Notes under the pieces: model-generated
Seen by the model: only the letters and a program-made list of their open reading frames with translations
The model's database searches: none
What the model was told of the DNA's origin: nothing
In this document: in pieces, positions 45,591 to 54,402 of the stretch
How the letters are laid out: the number at the start of each line of letters is the position of its first letter
How positions within the stretch are numbered: the stretch's first letter is position 1
Program-made: the position numbers and the translations under genes
Assembly: GCA_964655775.1 (NCBI GenBank)
Contig: CAZZNQ010000006.1
Coordinates: 14,534-78,533 of the forward strand
Length of the DNA: 64,000 bases
Reading direction: 5' to 3'
From: an uncultured candidatus Brocadiaceae bacterium
Lineage (GTDB): Bacteria; Planctomycetota; Brocadiia; SM23-32

Positions 45591-46871
45591 TTAGTGTCCG
45601 GACGGCGGCCCTGCGGCCGGCATCGGCTGGGTTCCGGCCAGAGCGCGGGAGGTGGCGTTGGCGAGACGGATCGATCTGTCGATCTGCCGGACGACTTCTT
45701 CCTTGGATTTCCGCCATGCCTGTTCGGACGCAGGATGGGCATCGTTGGGATGGACCGCGCCGAACCACCCCAGGAAATGGTGCAGTTCCGAGGCGCGCGC
45801 GGCGAACAACGACAGCTTCCTCAGCGCGGCATCGCGCCGTTCCACCGCCTCCGCATGCCGCCCGCGCACCTGGGCAATCTCGGCGCGCAACAGGTCGGGT
45901 CGCGGGTCGGCCTGGTCCCGGGCGGCGGCCTCACGAGCATCGGCCTCAGACTCGTCCAGAAGACCGGCGCCCAGGTTCAGATGTCCGCGCAGGCCCAGTA
46001 GGCAGCCGCGCACTTCGGGATCGGACGCTGTCCCCAGGAGCGCGTTCGCCACCGCCACGCCCTCCTCGACCGTCGCGCGAAGCTCGTCGTCCACGGACTC
46101 GAAACCGGCGCTGCGTTCGATGTCCGCGATCCGGGCGTCCCAGTCGACGCGCCGCTTCGCATCATCGCCCAGACCCTCCATCGCGTCGGAGAGGCCCGTG
46201 AGCGTCCGCAGCATCGTCGCCTTGCGCGCGCAGGCGTCCGCAAGTCTCAGCCCGGCGGAAACGTCCGCAGGGCCGCGGCCGTATGCGGCGCGCAGTTCCG
46301 CGATCCTGTCGCCAATCTCGCGCACGCCTTTCCCGTAGGCATTCTCCCTGAGATCGCGACGCAACGCCAGAAGCTGCAGGCCAACACCGATCGCGATGAC
46401 GAGGCCCACAAGGCCCAGTCGCAACAGCACGGGGCGCCAGACGAGGCGCGGACCCCATTTACCGCCGGGAGGGATGAAGAACTCGGGGGAAACGCCGTCC
46501 ACCAGGTCGCCCGCAGGCAGGGCGTGCGAACCCGGTCGCATCACTGTGCGACGGACCACTCGCCGGTTGCCGGGAACGGAGTCCGTGCGGCTGCCTGAAC
46601 GACGCACGGTACCCGTGACACGGACGATCGCTCGCCCCTGTGCCAGTTCTTCGGCCGCCGGACGCAGTTCCTTGCCCGTGCGCCCGGCGTGGCGTTTCAG
46701 GGCCTCCCAGGCGATGTCGGCAGCGGTGTCGCCCAGATCGGGATAGAGTTCGCAGCAGACCCGGCGCACGGCCATGCGCATGCCGGCGTCGCCCTGCCAT
46801 GAGCCCAACACCCGCCGGAAGACGCGTCCGATGTCCAACTCGGTCGACAGATCGGAGGTCCCTTCCGACAT
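45591..46871 (-). CDS. hypothetical single-pass membrane protein
   Basis: The ORF starts at GTG 46880. ATG at 46871 is preceded by AAGGTG. It has a central TM helix (LLRLGLVGLVIAIGVGLQLLAL) and a helical, Ala/Arg/Glu-rich C-domain. No recognised family. Confidence 0.6.
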   Translation of the reverse strand: MSEGTSDLSTELDIGRVFRRVLGSWQGDAGMRMAVRRVCCELYPDLGDTAADIAWEALKRHAGRTGKELRPAAEELAQGRAIVRVTGTVRRSGSRTDSVPGNRRVVRRTVMRPGSHALPAGDLVDGVSPEFFIPPGGKWGPRLVWRPVLLRLGLVGLVIAIGVGLQLLALRRDLRENAYGKGVREIGDRIAELRAAYGRGPADVSAGLRLADACARKATMLRTLTGLSDAMEGLGDDAKRRVDWDARIADIERSAGFESVDDELRATVEEGVAVANALLGTASDPEVRGCLLGLRGHLNLGAGLLDESEADAREAAARDQADPRPDLLRAEIAQVRGRHAEAVERRDAALRKLSLFAARASELHHFLGWFGAVHPNDAHPASEQAWRKSKEEVVRQIDRSIRLANATSRALAGTQPMPAAGPPSGH

Positions 46872-46904
46872 GGGTCGCACCTTTGCGGTTGCGGAGGCGG
46901 CGGA

Positions 46905-47252
46905 TCAGGGGGCGCGCTCTTTGCGGCTCAGCCAGCGACTTACGCGCACCACGGTTGGGCGATGCAGGACCCAGTGCACCACAGAGGCAAGGATCAGGAC
47001 GAGTACCAGGGAGAGCCCCATGAGGACGGCGAAGATCATCCCGGCCATCATCAGCGTGCTGCCGCCCGGTGCCCGTGCGGAAGACCCCACCAGTGCGTGC
47101 CGCTGTCGCGAGCGTATGTCGCTCACTGCACCGACGGCGACTCGCGTGGGATTGTGCCTCCTGGCGAGCCATAGCGAAACGAGCATGACGACTGCCGCGT
47201 AAACCCCGAGCAAGGCCAGCGCCCGCAACGTTCTACCCCGTCGAGTGTACAT
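46905..47252 (-). CDS. hypothetical small membrane protein (2 TM)
   Basis: ATG at 47252 is preceded by GGGGAG with 6-nt spacing. The ORF-track start at 47315 lies upstream of the predicted TSS. TM helices are ALALLGVYAAVVMLVSLWL and MAGMIFAVLMGLSLVLVLILASVV. GC3 is high. Confidence 0.5.
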   Translation of the reverse strand: MYTRRGRTLRALALLGVYAAVVMLVSLWLARRHNPTRVAVGAVSDIRSRQRHALVGSSARAPGGSTLMMAGMIFAVLMGLSLVLVLILASVVHWVLHRPTVVRVSRWLSRKERAP

Positions 47253-47317
47253 TCCACTCCCCTTTGGCCTGCAGTTCGCGTCATCCGATGAGGTCACCCG
47301 CAACTCGCCCGGCAAGA

Positions 47318-47346
47318 AGATACCGCATGGCCAGTGCGTCGGTCAA
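47318..47346 (-). promoter_or_regulatory. sigma70-type promoter candidate for 46905..47252
   Basis: On the minus strand: TTGACC (47346-47341), a 17-nt spacer, then GTATCT (47323-47318). Confidence 0.45.
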
Positions 47347-47402
47347 GGCCGATTTCCGTAAGCGAACGCGGCCGCGCTCGCGAGGACAAACACTCTTTTG
47401 GA

Positions 47403-47431
47403 TTGACAAACGTGGCACTGTCGGGCATAAC
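47403..47431 (+). promoter_or_regulatory. sigma70-type promoter candidate for 47502..47762
   Basis: TTGACA (47403-47408), a 17-nt spacer, then CATAAC (47426-47431). It sits back-to-back with the minus-strand promoter 57 nt away. Confidence 0.5.
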
Positions 47432-47501
47432 ACTATCCGATGCGTTGCAGTGCAACGGGCGGCAAGGAGGGAGAAGCAGCGTAACGGGGAGATCTGCGGT
47501 A

Positions 47502-47762
47502 ATGGCAAAGGCTCTCATATCAGTCCTGGCGGCAGCCCTGTTCGCGCTGGTGGGCTGGGTGCTCGCGCGCGTTCTGCGGAACGCCGCCAGGGGGTTGGTG
47601 CGTGCGAAGCGAGAGGGATGCTACGTGCGCAGCGCACAGGGCCAGGCCGGATCGGAGCCGGACACCGTTCTCGGATGGCTGCTGGCCATACTGGTGATGG
47701 CCATGGCGCTGGCGGGCCTGGCCATTCTGCTCATATACATAGTCGCCCGGGTGTGGACGTAG
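47502..47762 (+). CDS. hypothetical small membrane protein (2 TM)
   Basis: ATG at 47502 has GGGGAG 10 nt upstream. 86 aa: MAKALISVLAAALFALVGWVLA...LGWLLAILVMAMALAGLAILLIYIV. Confidence 0.5.
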   Translation: MAKALISVLAAALFALVGWVLARVLRNAARGLVRAKREGCYVRSAQGQAGSEPDTVLGWLLAILVMAMALAGLAILLIYIVARVWT

Positions 47763-47803
47763 CGCTTTGCCGACGAATCTAGCCGCGTTAGGGATGTACC
47801 GCA

Positions 47804-48553
47804 GTGAAGTCACTGATCTTCTCGGACGTTCACGCGAATCTGCCGGCCCTGGAAGCGATACTGCAGCGGGAAGCAGACTTCGATGAGGTCGTCTTCCTGG
47901 GGGACGCAGTCGTAGGCGGGCCGCAACCCGATGACGTCCTGTCACTGCTGCGTACGCTCCCGGGTGTCTTCATAATGGGCAACCACGACCGGGACGCTCT
48001 GTTCGGCGATCACTCGCTGGAGGACGCGAATCCGGACCGCGCCTGGATTGCGTGGACGCGCGAGCAGATCTCGAAGGCCAATCGTGCGTTTCTCGCGGGG
48101 TTCCGGCGGGCTCACACAATCGAACGGGGGGCACTAAGACTCCATCTTGACCACGGCGTCCTGCCACCCGAGCTCGGCAGGCGCCTGTGGCCCGATTCTC
48201 CCCGGGCGGCCTTCGATCACCTGGCTGAGGGAAACGACGCTTCCGTGCTGCTTGTTGGCCATTCCCACGTTCAGTTCCGGCGGGATCACGCCTCACGCAC
48301 TGTTGTCAATCCCGGTGGGGCCGGCCAACCCCGGCTTTCCAAACCCGTCGCCTGCTACGCAATACTCCAGGACGGCCGCATATCGCTTGAGGCCACACCA
48401 TACGACGTGGAGAACGTGTGCCGAGCCATGGACCGAGTACCCCTCCCGACGGTTTTTGTCGATGCATGGAAGCAATGCTACCGCGCCGGGCGGTTGCCGG
48501 ACCGGTATCCGTTAAGGCGATGGGACACACTGGTGCAGCAAGGCTATAGGTGA
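47804..48553 (+). CDS. metallophosphoesterase (YfcE/MJ0936-like)
   Basis: 249-aa ORF with a GTG start. Motifs are SDVHAN, FLGDAV, MGNHD and VGHSH. Confidence 0.8.
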   Translation: MKSLIFSDVHANLPALEAILQREADFDEVVFLGDAVVGGPQPDDVLSLLRTLPGVFIMGNHDRDALFGDHSLEDANPDRAWIAWTREQISKANRAFLAGFRRAHTIERGALRLHLDHGVLPPELGRRLWPDSPRAAFDHLAEGNDASVLLVGHSHVQFRRDHASRTVVNPGGAGQPRLSKPVACYAILQDGRISLEATPYDVENVCRAMDRVPLPTVFVDAWKQCYRAGRLPDRYPLRRWDTLVQQGYR

Positions 48554-48562
48554 GCCGCCGCT

Positions 48563-49609
48563 TCAGGATGTGGTCTCCGAAGGATACTTCAGTACGGGCA
48601 GCTTCGGCTCCAGTTCCCGCCAGAGCCTCGGGGCGCCGTACTTCACGAACGCCCGGCACGCCAGGTCCTGCCAGCATGGGTCCAGGCCCAACGCCTCGTT
48701 CGAGGCGTAGTAGCCGGCGATGAAACCGCCCCCCCTGCCGAGTTCCTCGACCATCGCCCTCGCGTCCGCCTCGATCTTCTCCGCGTCGCGGGTCTGGAGC
48801 GTGGCCTGGATATCCACCGGGCACCAGAAGGTCGCCCGGCCGTCGAACTCGGCCGCCAGCTTTCGGATGCCGTAGAGCGTCGGCTGGTCGAACTGAAACA
48901 GGTCGATGCCGGCCTCGATCATGTCGTCCATCACCTCGTGGACGTAGCCGCAGGTGTGAATGAACACGTAGAGGCCGCGCTCGTGCGCAGTTGCGCACAG
49001 GCGCTCGAATCCGGGCTTGAACAGGCGGCGCCAGGTCGCGGGGCTTACGAGCAGCCGGTCCTGGGTGCCCCAGTCCTCGCAGAAGAAGACCGCTTCCGCA
49101 CCGGCCTCCGCCAGGTGGCGGATGGCGTGATGCATCTGCTCCTCGCAGAGGGCCAGGAGCCGCTCCGTCCTCTCCGGCTCGGCGACCACGTCCATCAGGA
49201 AGTTGTCCAGCCTGCGCATCTTGCGCGCGATGTTGAACGGGAATCCCGGGATGGTGCCCACGTGGAACCGATCGGGCATGCCGTCGAAGACCGAGCGCGC
49301 CCGCTCGTAGCGGGCCGGCATGTCGTAGTCGGGCAGTTCCAGGTCGTCCAACCGGTCCCAGTCCTCCAGGGCGCCGCGGGCCACCTCACCCTTGCTTATC
49401 CCTTCTATGCGACGCCAGAGATTGCCCCACTCGTCTGTCCGTTCCCAACTGCCGTCCGCAAGCTGGCGCCACTGGGTCTCCGGGTGCGCGGGATCGGAAG
49501 TCGGGCCGGCGGTGCAGATGTCGTTCGGGTACGGGTCCGGCAGCGTCATCGCAACGCGCTCGGGGTCCTCGAAATCCAAGGTTCTCCTGACGGTCTCCCG
49601 GCTGTCCAT
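48563..49609 (-). CDS. uroporphyrinogen decarboxylase (URO-D) family protein, paralog of 33108..34163
   Basis: The ORF track starts at TTG 49639. ATG at 49609 is preceded by GGAG and lies 35 nt downstream of the predicted TSS. Blocks are FFCEDWGTQDRLLVSPATWRRLFKPGFERL, FIHTCGY and LFQFDQP. Confidence 0.7.
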   Translation of the reverse strand: MDSRETVRRTLDFEDPERVAMTLPDPYPNDICTAGPTSDPAHPETQWRQLADGSWERTDEWGNLWRRIEGISKGEVARGALEDWDRLDDLELPDYDMPARYERARSVFDGMPDRFHVGTIPGFPFNIARKMRRLDNFLMDVVAEPERTERLLALCEEQMHHAIRHLAEAGAEAVFFCEDWGTQDRLLVSPATWRRLFKPGFERLCATAHERGLYVFIHTCGYVHEVMDDMIEAGIDLFQFDQPTLYGIRKLAAEFDGRATFWCPVDIQATLQTRDAEKIEADARAMVEELGRGGGFIAGYYASNEALGLDPCWQDLACRAFVKYGAPRLWRELEPKLPVLKYPSETTS

Positions 49610-49650
49610 CGTGCCATCTCCAAAGGTCGTGCGGTACAAGCAACGGGGCG

Positions 49651-49679
49651 ATTACACCACGCCGAGTGACGGATGTCAA
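49651..49679 (-). promoter_or_regulatory. sigma70-type promoter candidate for 48563..49609
   Basis: On the minus strand: TTGACA (49679-49674), a 17-nt spacer, then TGTAAT (49656-49651). Confidence 0.6.
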
Positions 49680-49758
49680 AGCAGCTCAGGAAGGGCCTTG
49701 CCCGCGAGGACCAGGGAGTTTACACTCTGCAGGTCGAAACCCTTTGAAGGAAACCGCC

Positions 49759-51792
49759 ATGCCGCAGAAGACCATATCCATTGACGACCTGCTTGCCCTG
49801 AAGTGCATAACATCCCTGCGGTGCAGCCCGGACGGGCGCCATGCCGTGGTGGGAGTGCGAACGGCGGACCTTGAGCAAGGCCGGAACGTCAGCACGCTCT
49901 GGCTCTATCGACGGGAGGACGACTCGTTCGAACAGGTGACGCACGGCCCGGCCGACACCGAGGCCCGATGGCTGGACGAGACAACGTTCCTGTTCGTCGG
50001 CGCGAAACGCGAGAAGGAGAAGGAGGACGCCGAGAAGCCGTACGTGCGGACGCGTATCTACACGATGTCCGTCCGGGGCGGCGAGCCGACGTTGCGAGCG
50101 ACGCTGGACGGGCGCGTGTGGGACATGGACGTCTGCCGCGCGGAACCCCGGATTGCCCTGAGCTACACGCCCCATCCCCCGGCCGACGACGAGCGGCGAC
50201 AACGCTGGGCAAAGACGCCCCCGCCTCTGGTTGCCGGCTACAAGCGCTGGAAGCTGGACGCCGTCGGCAACCTGCCCGAACGGTGCGCGGCCGTCTACCT
50301 GCTTGAAGCGGGCAAGGACGAGTGGCCGGAACCGGCGGAACTCGTAGCTTCGCCCACGCACTGGCACACCGGAGTGAGGTGGGCGGGCGCCGATCGCATA
50401 CTTTTCCTTCGCCGGGACGTCAACCAGAAACACATGACCGTCGACCTGGGGCTCGTAGACCTGGACGGGCACGTGGAGATGCTGGCATCGCCCGTTCGCG
50501 TCATCACCAGCGCCATGCCCAATCCCGAAGGGACGGCGGTGGTGCTGACCGGCAACGACGATCCCGAACGCAGCAGCTATCTCCCGACTTCGCTTCATGT
50601 GCGCTCGACCGACCCGGCGGACGAGTCGTCCCGTCTGCTGGCGTCCACGGACGGCAAGATGGGCCATCAGTCCGTCCTTTCCGACGTGGTCAGCACGGGC
50701 AGCGGCGAGTTCAGTTGGGAGGACTCGGAGCACGTCATCGGGCTGCACAGCATCGGCGGGCGCACCGAGCTGCTGCGTGTGGACGTCTCCGACGGCCGGC
50801 GCGAGGTCCTGGCCGGGGACGAGGGCGTTGTGCAGTGCTTCGACTGCGCCGCCGGCACGACCCTCTACGCCTGGGGCGACTACACCAACCCCGTGGAGCT
50901 TCTCCGCCTGGGACGGAAGCGGCCGGTCGAGCGACTGAACGGCAGGATCGCCCGGCGCTTCGACGTGGAGCCCGACCGCTGGCTCACCACGCCCGAGACG
51001 GACGTGGAGGTGGACACCTTCCTCTGGGCAACGCCGGAGCAGTTGAAATCGCGCCGCAAACATGCATTTCCGCTGGTGGTTTACGTGCACGGCGGGCCCG
51101 CGCTGCAGACCGGCGAGGCGCCCTTCTTCGAGTATGCCTGGCTGGCCCACGAAGGTTTCGCGGTGGTCACCTGCAATCCGCGCGGGTCCACCGGCTACGG
51201 AGCCGACCACGGGACCGCCATCCACGGTGGCTGGGGCGAACGCGACGCCGACGACGTGCTCGCCGTCCGGGAGGAGACCCTCCACCGCTATCCGCAGTTC
51301 GACCCGGAGCGCACGTTCATCGTCGGCGGCTCATACGGCGGGTTCATGGCGAACTGGATGATCACCCAACATCCGGGCGTGTTCCGCGCCGCCGTGTCGC
51401 AGCGGTCCATATCCAACCACGTGAGCTTCGCCGGCACGGGAGACATGCCCATGCATTTCCTTGTCGGCGGCACCGGGATTCAGCACGTGTGGGAGAACCC
51501 GGACCGGGCATGGGCGATGTCGCCGCTTGCGAAGCTGCCGGACGTGACCGAGCCGATACTGCTCATCCACTCGGAGGCGGACCTACGCTGCCCGCTGGGA
51601 CAGGGCGAAGAGATGTTCGCCGGCCTGGTCGAGCTGGGCAAACGCATCAACGAGGACGTGCGCTTTGTGGTGTTCCGCGGCGAGAGCCACGGCCTGTCGC
51701 GCGGCGGCAAGCCGGACAACCGGCGCCGGCGCCTGGACGAGATCATCGCCTGGCTGCGCAAGCACGACAATCGGCGCAAGCACCACCGCTGA
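49759..51792 (+). CDS. S9-family serine peptidase (prolyl oligopeptidase / acylaminoacyl-peptidase-like)
   Basis: ATG at 49759 gives MPQKTISIDDLLALKCITSLRCSPDG, followed by a beta-propeller half. The catalytic half has the nucleophile GGSYGGFMANW, VYVHGGP, and later Asp/His blocks (LLIHSEADLRCP, GESHGLSR). Confidence 0.85.
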   Translation: MPQKTISIDDLLALKCITSLRCSPDGRHAVVGVRTADLEQGRNVSTLWLYRREDDSFEQVTHGPADTEARWLDETTFLFVGAKREKEKEDAEKPYVRTRIYTMSVRGGEPTLRATLDGRVWDMDVCRAEPRIALSYTPHPPADDERRQRWAKTPPPLVAGYKRWKLDAVGNLPERCAAVYLLEAGKDEWPEPAELVASPTHWHTGVRWAGADRILFLRRDVNQKHMTVDLGLVDLDGHVEMLASPVRVITSAMPNPEGTAVVLTGNDDPERSSYLPTSLHVRSTDPADESSRLLASTDGKMGHQSVLSDVVSTGSGEFSWEDSEHVIGLHSIGGRTELLRVDVSDGRREVLAGDEGVVQCFDCAAGTTLYAWGDYTNPVELLRLGRKRPVERLNGRIARRFDVEPDRWLTTPETDVEVDTFLWATPEQLKSRRKHAFPLVVYVHGGPALQTGEAPFFEYAWLAHEGFAVVTCNPRGSTGYGADHGTAIHGGWGERDADDVLAVREETLHRYPQFDPERTFIVGGSYGGFMANWMITQHPGVFRAAVSQRSISNHVSFAGTGDMPMHFLVGGTGIQHVWENPDRAWAMSPLAKLPDVTEPILLIHSEADLRCPLGQGEEMFAGLVELGKRINEDVRFVVFRGESHGLSRGGKPDNRRRRLDEIIAWLRKHDNRRKHHR

Positions 51793-51805
51793 CCGGCGGG
51801 CGACC

Positions 51806-54163
51806 TCAGTCGCCCCAGTCCTCGACGGAGCCGACGTGCTGGACCTGCGGCACCGGCTCTTCGCGTTGGCCCGCCAGTATGGAATGGATCGCCTCGTTCA
51901 TCTTGCGATCGGTAACGTCGCGCAGTATACCGTGGACGACCGCTTCCTCGTCGCCTGAGCCGGGCAGCAACGTGAGTTCCATCCAGCGCCGCCGGCCGTC
52001 GGCACGGCGGATAAGGACTTCCTGTGCCTCACGCCCGGCGCCGTCCGCGATGGCGTCGCGCACGATATCCTCCATCTGCCACCGCTCCTCGCCCGGAGCA
52101 AGGTCGGCCAGTGTCATGTGCGCAAGCTGTTCCCAGCTATAGCCCGAGACGGTGGCAGCGGCCTGGTTGCACCAGGTTATGGTGCCGGACTGGTCGATGG
52201 CGAACAGCATGTCCGCTACCGACGCGGCGATGTGAGCCAGCGCATCCGAGTTCTCATCCAGAACCGGGAGCGGAACCGGGGGGGCGGCGGAGACGCTCAT
52301 GAACTGCTCGACGCGGCGCACCGCAGGCGGCCCGTCCTGGACCGGCTTGCTGCTGTATTCGAAGCGCCACTGGCCGGACAGCGACTCCATTGTCATCGAG
52401 TCCACGGTTTCGCCGCCGGCGTGGGCCGAGGCTATGGCGGCCGATATACCGGGGCCGTCCACCGCTTGGGTCTCCAGCGCGGCGGTGAGGGCCTGTGCGT
52501 ACGACGCTCCCCTCAGCGCCTCCTTCTCCGAGCCGAGGAAACGCGCGGCCATGGCATTCAGCCAGGTGATGTTCCCGGCGTCGTCCAGCGTCACGATACC
52601 GCAGTCTACCTTGTCGATTGCGTCGTCCAGCATGCTTACGGCGGAACCGGCCTCGGCGGCTCCGGCTGCCGCAGCCGTTTCGCTCACGTCGACAAGACTG
52701 ACAACCAGACGGCGGTCTCCGGCGTGTTCGAGGGAGGCGAACCGGGCCTCCACGGGCAGCATGGTATCGTCCTCCCGGCGCAGATTCAGCCGAGCGGATG
52801 CCCTCCCTTCGGCCTGAGCCGTGCCGGCGTATTCCTCAAAACCATCCTGGTCGGCGGCCGAGAAGATGCTCTCCATCGGCTGCCCGACAAGGGCGTCGCG
52901 CTCACGCGCGAGCATGCCGCAGAGGGCCGCATTGACGTACTCCAGCTTGCCCACGGGCCCGGCCACGGCAACGCCGGTGTCGATGGCCTCCACAAGCTGC
53001 CCGTAATCGCCGGCTCCGGCTTCGGCCCTGCGCAGGCACACGGTCGCGCCGGCGACCTCGCCGTCGGTCCCAACGATCGGCCAGGCGTTCACGGCATAGC
53101 TGGCACCGAGCCCCGGGCGTTCCAGGTAGCCGGCGCTCGCTTCACCGGTCTGCACGGCCTGCTGCACGGGGCAGGACTCCGGCGCATCCTCGGCTGCGTA
53201 GAACACGTCGGCGTAGTCGCTGCCGATCATCTGTTCCTCGCCGCGCGCGAAACCGCGCAGGCTGGCGGCGTTGGCATGGACAACGGTGCCGTCCGCGTCG
53301 ATGATGAGCAGCATCTCGCCGACGGCATCCAGGGCCTCGGACCAGGGCTGCGACTCAGCGCCGGCGGAACCGCTCTCCTGTTCCACCACGGCGTAGTCGC
53401 GGTCGGACCACTGCGCGAGTATCAGGGGCAATGCGCTGCAGAAGTGAGCATTCTTCACCAGGTGGTAGTCCGCACCGGCCTCCAGGACTTCGACGGCGGT
53501 TTCGGGGTCCCAATCGTCCGTGAGGCATACGACGAACAGAGTCGGCCGCTTTATTTTAAGGATTTGAATAAGCCCGGCCGTCGCGTCGGGAGCTTTGTCC
53601 CAGTCAAGCACGGCCACGTCGTAGTGAACGGTGCCGCTCATTGTCTCGCTGGTGGACACGCTGTACGGCACTGGCACCACTTCCACGTCACTGAGGCAGC
53701 CTTCTATGGAACGCTTGATGGTGGCGCGCTCCTTCTCGTCTTCCTCGACGAGCATGATGCGCAGGGGCTTTACGAGGTCGATGCGGTCCTCTGCGCTGCG
53801 CACGGTCGGCCGCGGAGGCGGGGTTTTTCCGACGTTGCGTTCTGTTGCGCGCTTCTCCGCCCGCCGCGACTCCGCAGTGCCGTGAGCGCCGGTCTTCTGC
53901 TCGGATCTCTTCTGTTCGGCCGCCATCACCCGCGCGAGCGCTTCGTCCGCTCGCGGGTAACCCATGTGACGGGCTCGCTCCAGGGCGATGCGGGATACGT
54001 CCAGGTTGCCCACCCGGAACAGACAGACGCCCAGACCGAACCACGCTCGCGAGTCGCTGGGGGCGGCCTCGGTAGCCCGCAGGTATACCTCAACGGCGTC
54101 CTGGTAGCGCTTCTCGCGGACCAGCTCGCTGGCCTTCCTGAGCAGATAGGTTGCTTTCGCCAT
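51806..54163 (-). CDS. TPR - receiver (REC) - 4x PAS sensory protein without a recognisable output domain
   Basis: 785-aa ORF with RBS GGAGAG. It has N-terminal TPR-like helices and a REC domain (IMLVEEDEKE, DVAVLDWD, VVCLTDD, ADYHLVKN). Four PAS cores follow (LLIIDADGTVVHANAA, VAVAGPVGKLEYVNAA, IVTLDDAGNITWLNAM, LFAIDQSGTITWCNQA). The protein ends right after PAS4. Confidence 0.8.
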   Translation of the reverse strand: MAKATYLLRKASELVREKRYQDAVEVYLRATEAAPSDSRAWFGLGVCLFRVGNLDVSRIALERARHMGYPRADEALARVMAAEQKRSEQKTGAHGTAESRRAEKRATERNVGKTPPPRPTVRSAEDRIDLVKPLRIMLVEEDEKERATIKRSIEGCLSDVEVVPVPYSVSTSETMSGTVHYDVAVLDWDKAPDATAGLIQILKIKRPTLFVVCLTDDWDPETAVEVLEAGADYHLVKNAHFCSALPLILAQWSDRDYAVVEQESGSAGAESQPWSEALDAVGEMLLIIDADGTVVHANAASLRGFARGEEQMIGSDYADVFYAAEDAPESCPVQQAVQTGEASAGYLERPGLGASYAVNAWPIVGTDGEVAGATVCLRRAEAGAGDYGQLVEAIDTGVAVAGPVGKLEYVNAALCGMLARERDALVGQPMESIFSAADQDGFEEYAGTAQAEGRASARLNLRREDDTMLPVEARFASLEHAGDRRLVVSLVDVSETAAAAGAAEAGSAVSMLDDAIDKVDCGIVTLDDAGNITWLNAMAARFLGSEKEALRGASYAQALTAALETQAVDGPGISAAIASAHAGGETVDSMTMESLSGQWRFEYSSKPVQDGPPAVRRVEQFMSVSAAPPVPLPVLDENSDALAHIAASVADMLFAIDQSGTITWCNQAAATVSGYSWEQLAHMTLADLAPGEERWQMEDIVRDAIADGAGREAQEVLIRRADGRRRWMELTLLPGSGDEEAVVHGILRDVTDRKMNEAIHSILAGQREEPVPQVQHVGSVEDWGD

Positions 54164-54355
54164 CTTCGTCTCTCTCCATCCTGTCCTGAATTATGCCGTC
54201 CGCTATGTCAATTTGAGTCAGTGTCTCAACTTGTGCACCGACGCGCATCCCGCTCAACGGGTTTCGGCCTGTGATTCTGGCGTGCCGAAAGTATCGCTCT
54301 CACGGGCATATGTTGCTTCCTCACCGTCATTTACGTGCCTCAGCGTTATTCTGTT

Positions 54356-54383
54356 TTGTTACGTCTCGGGCGTTCGGTACAAT
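54356..54383 (+). promoter_or_regulatory. sigma70-type promoter candidate for the Ser/Thr kinase gene
   Basis: TTGTTA (54356-54361), a 16-nt spacer, then TACAAT (54378-54383). The predicted TSS near 54390 leaves only a roughly 12-nt leader before ATG 54403. Confidence 0.45.
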
Positions 54384-54402
54384 GTGTGCTCTAACCTGCA
54401 AC

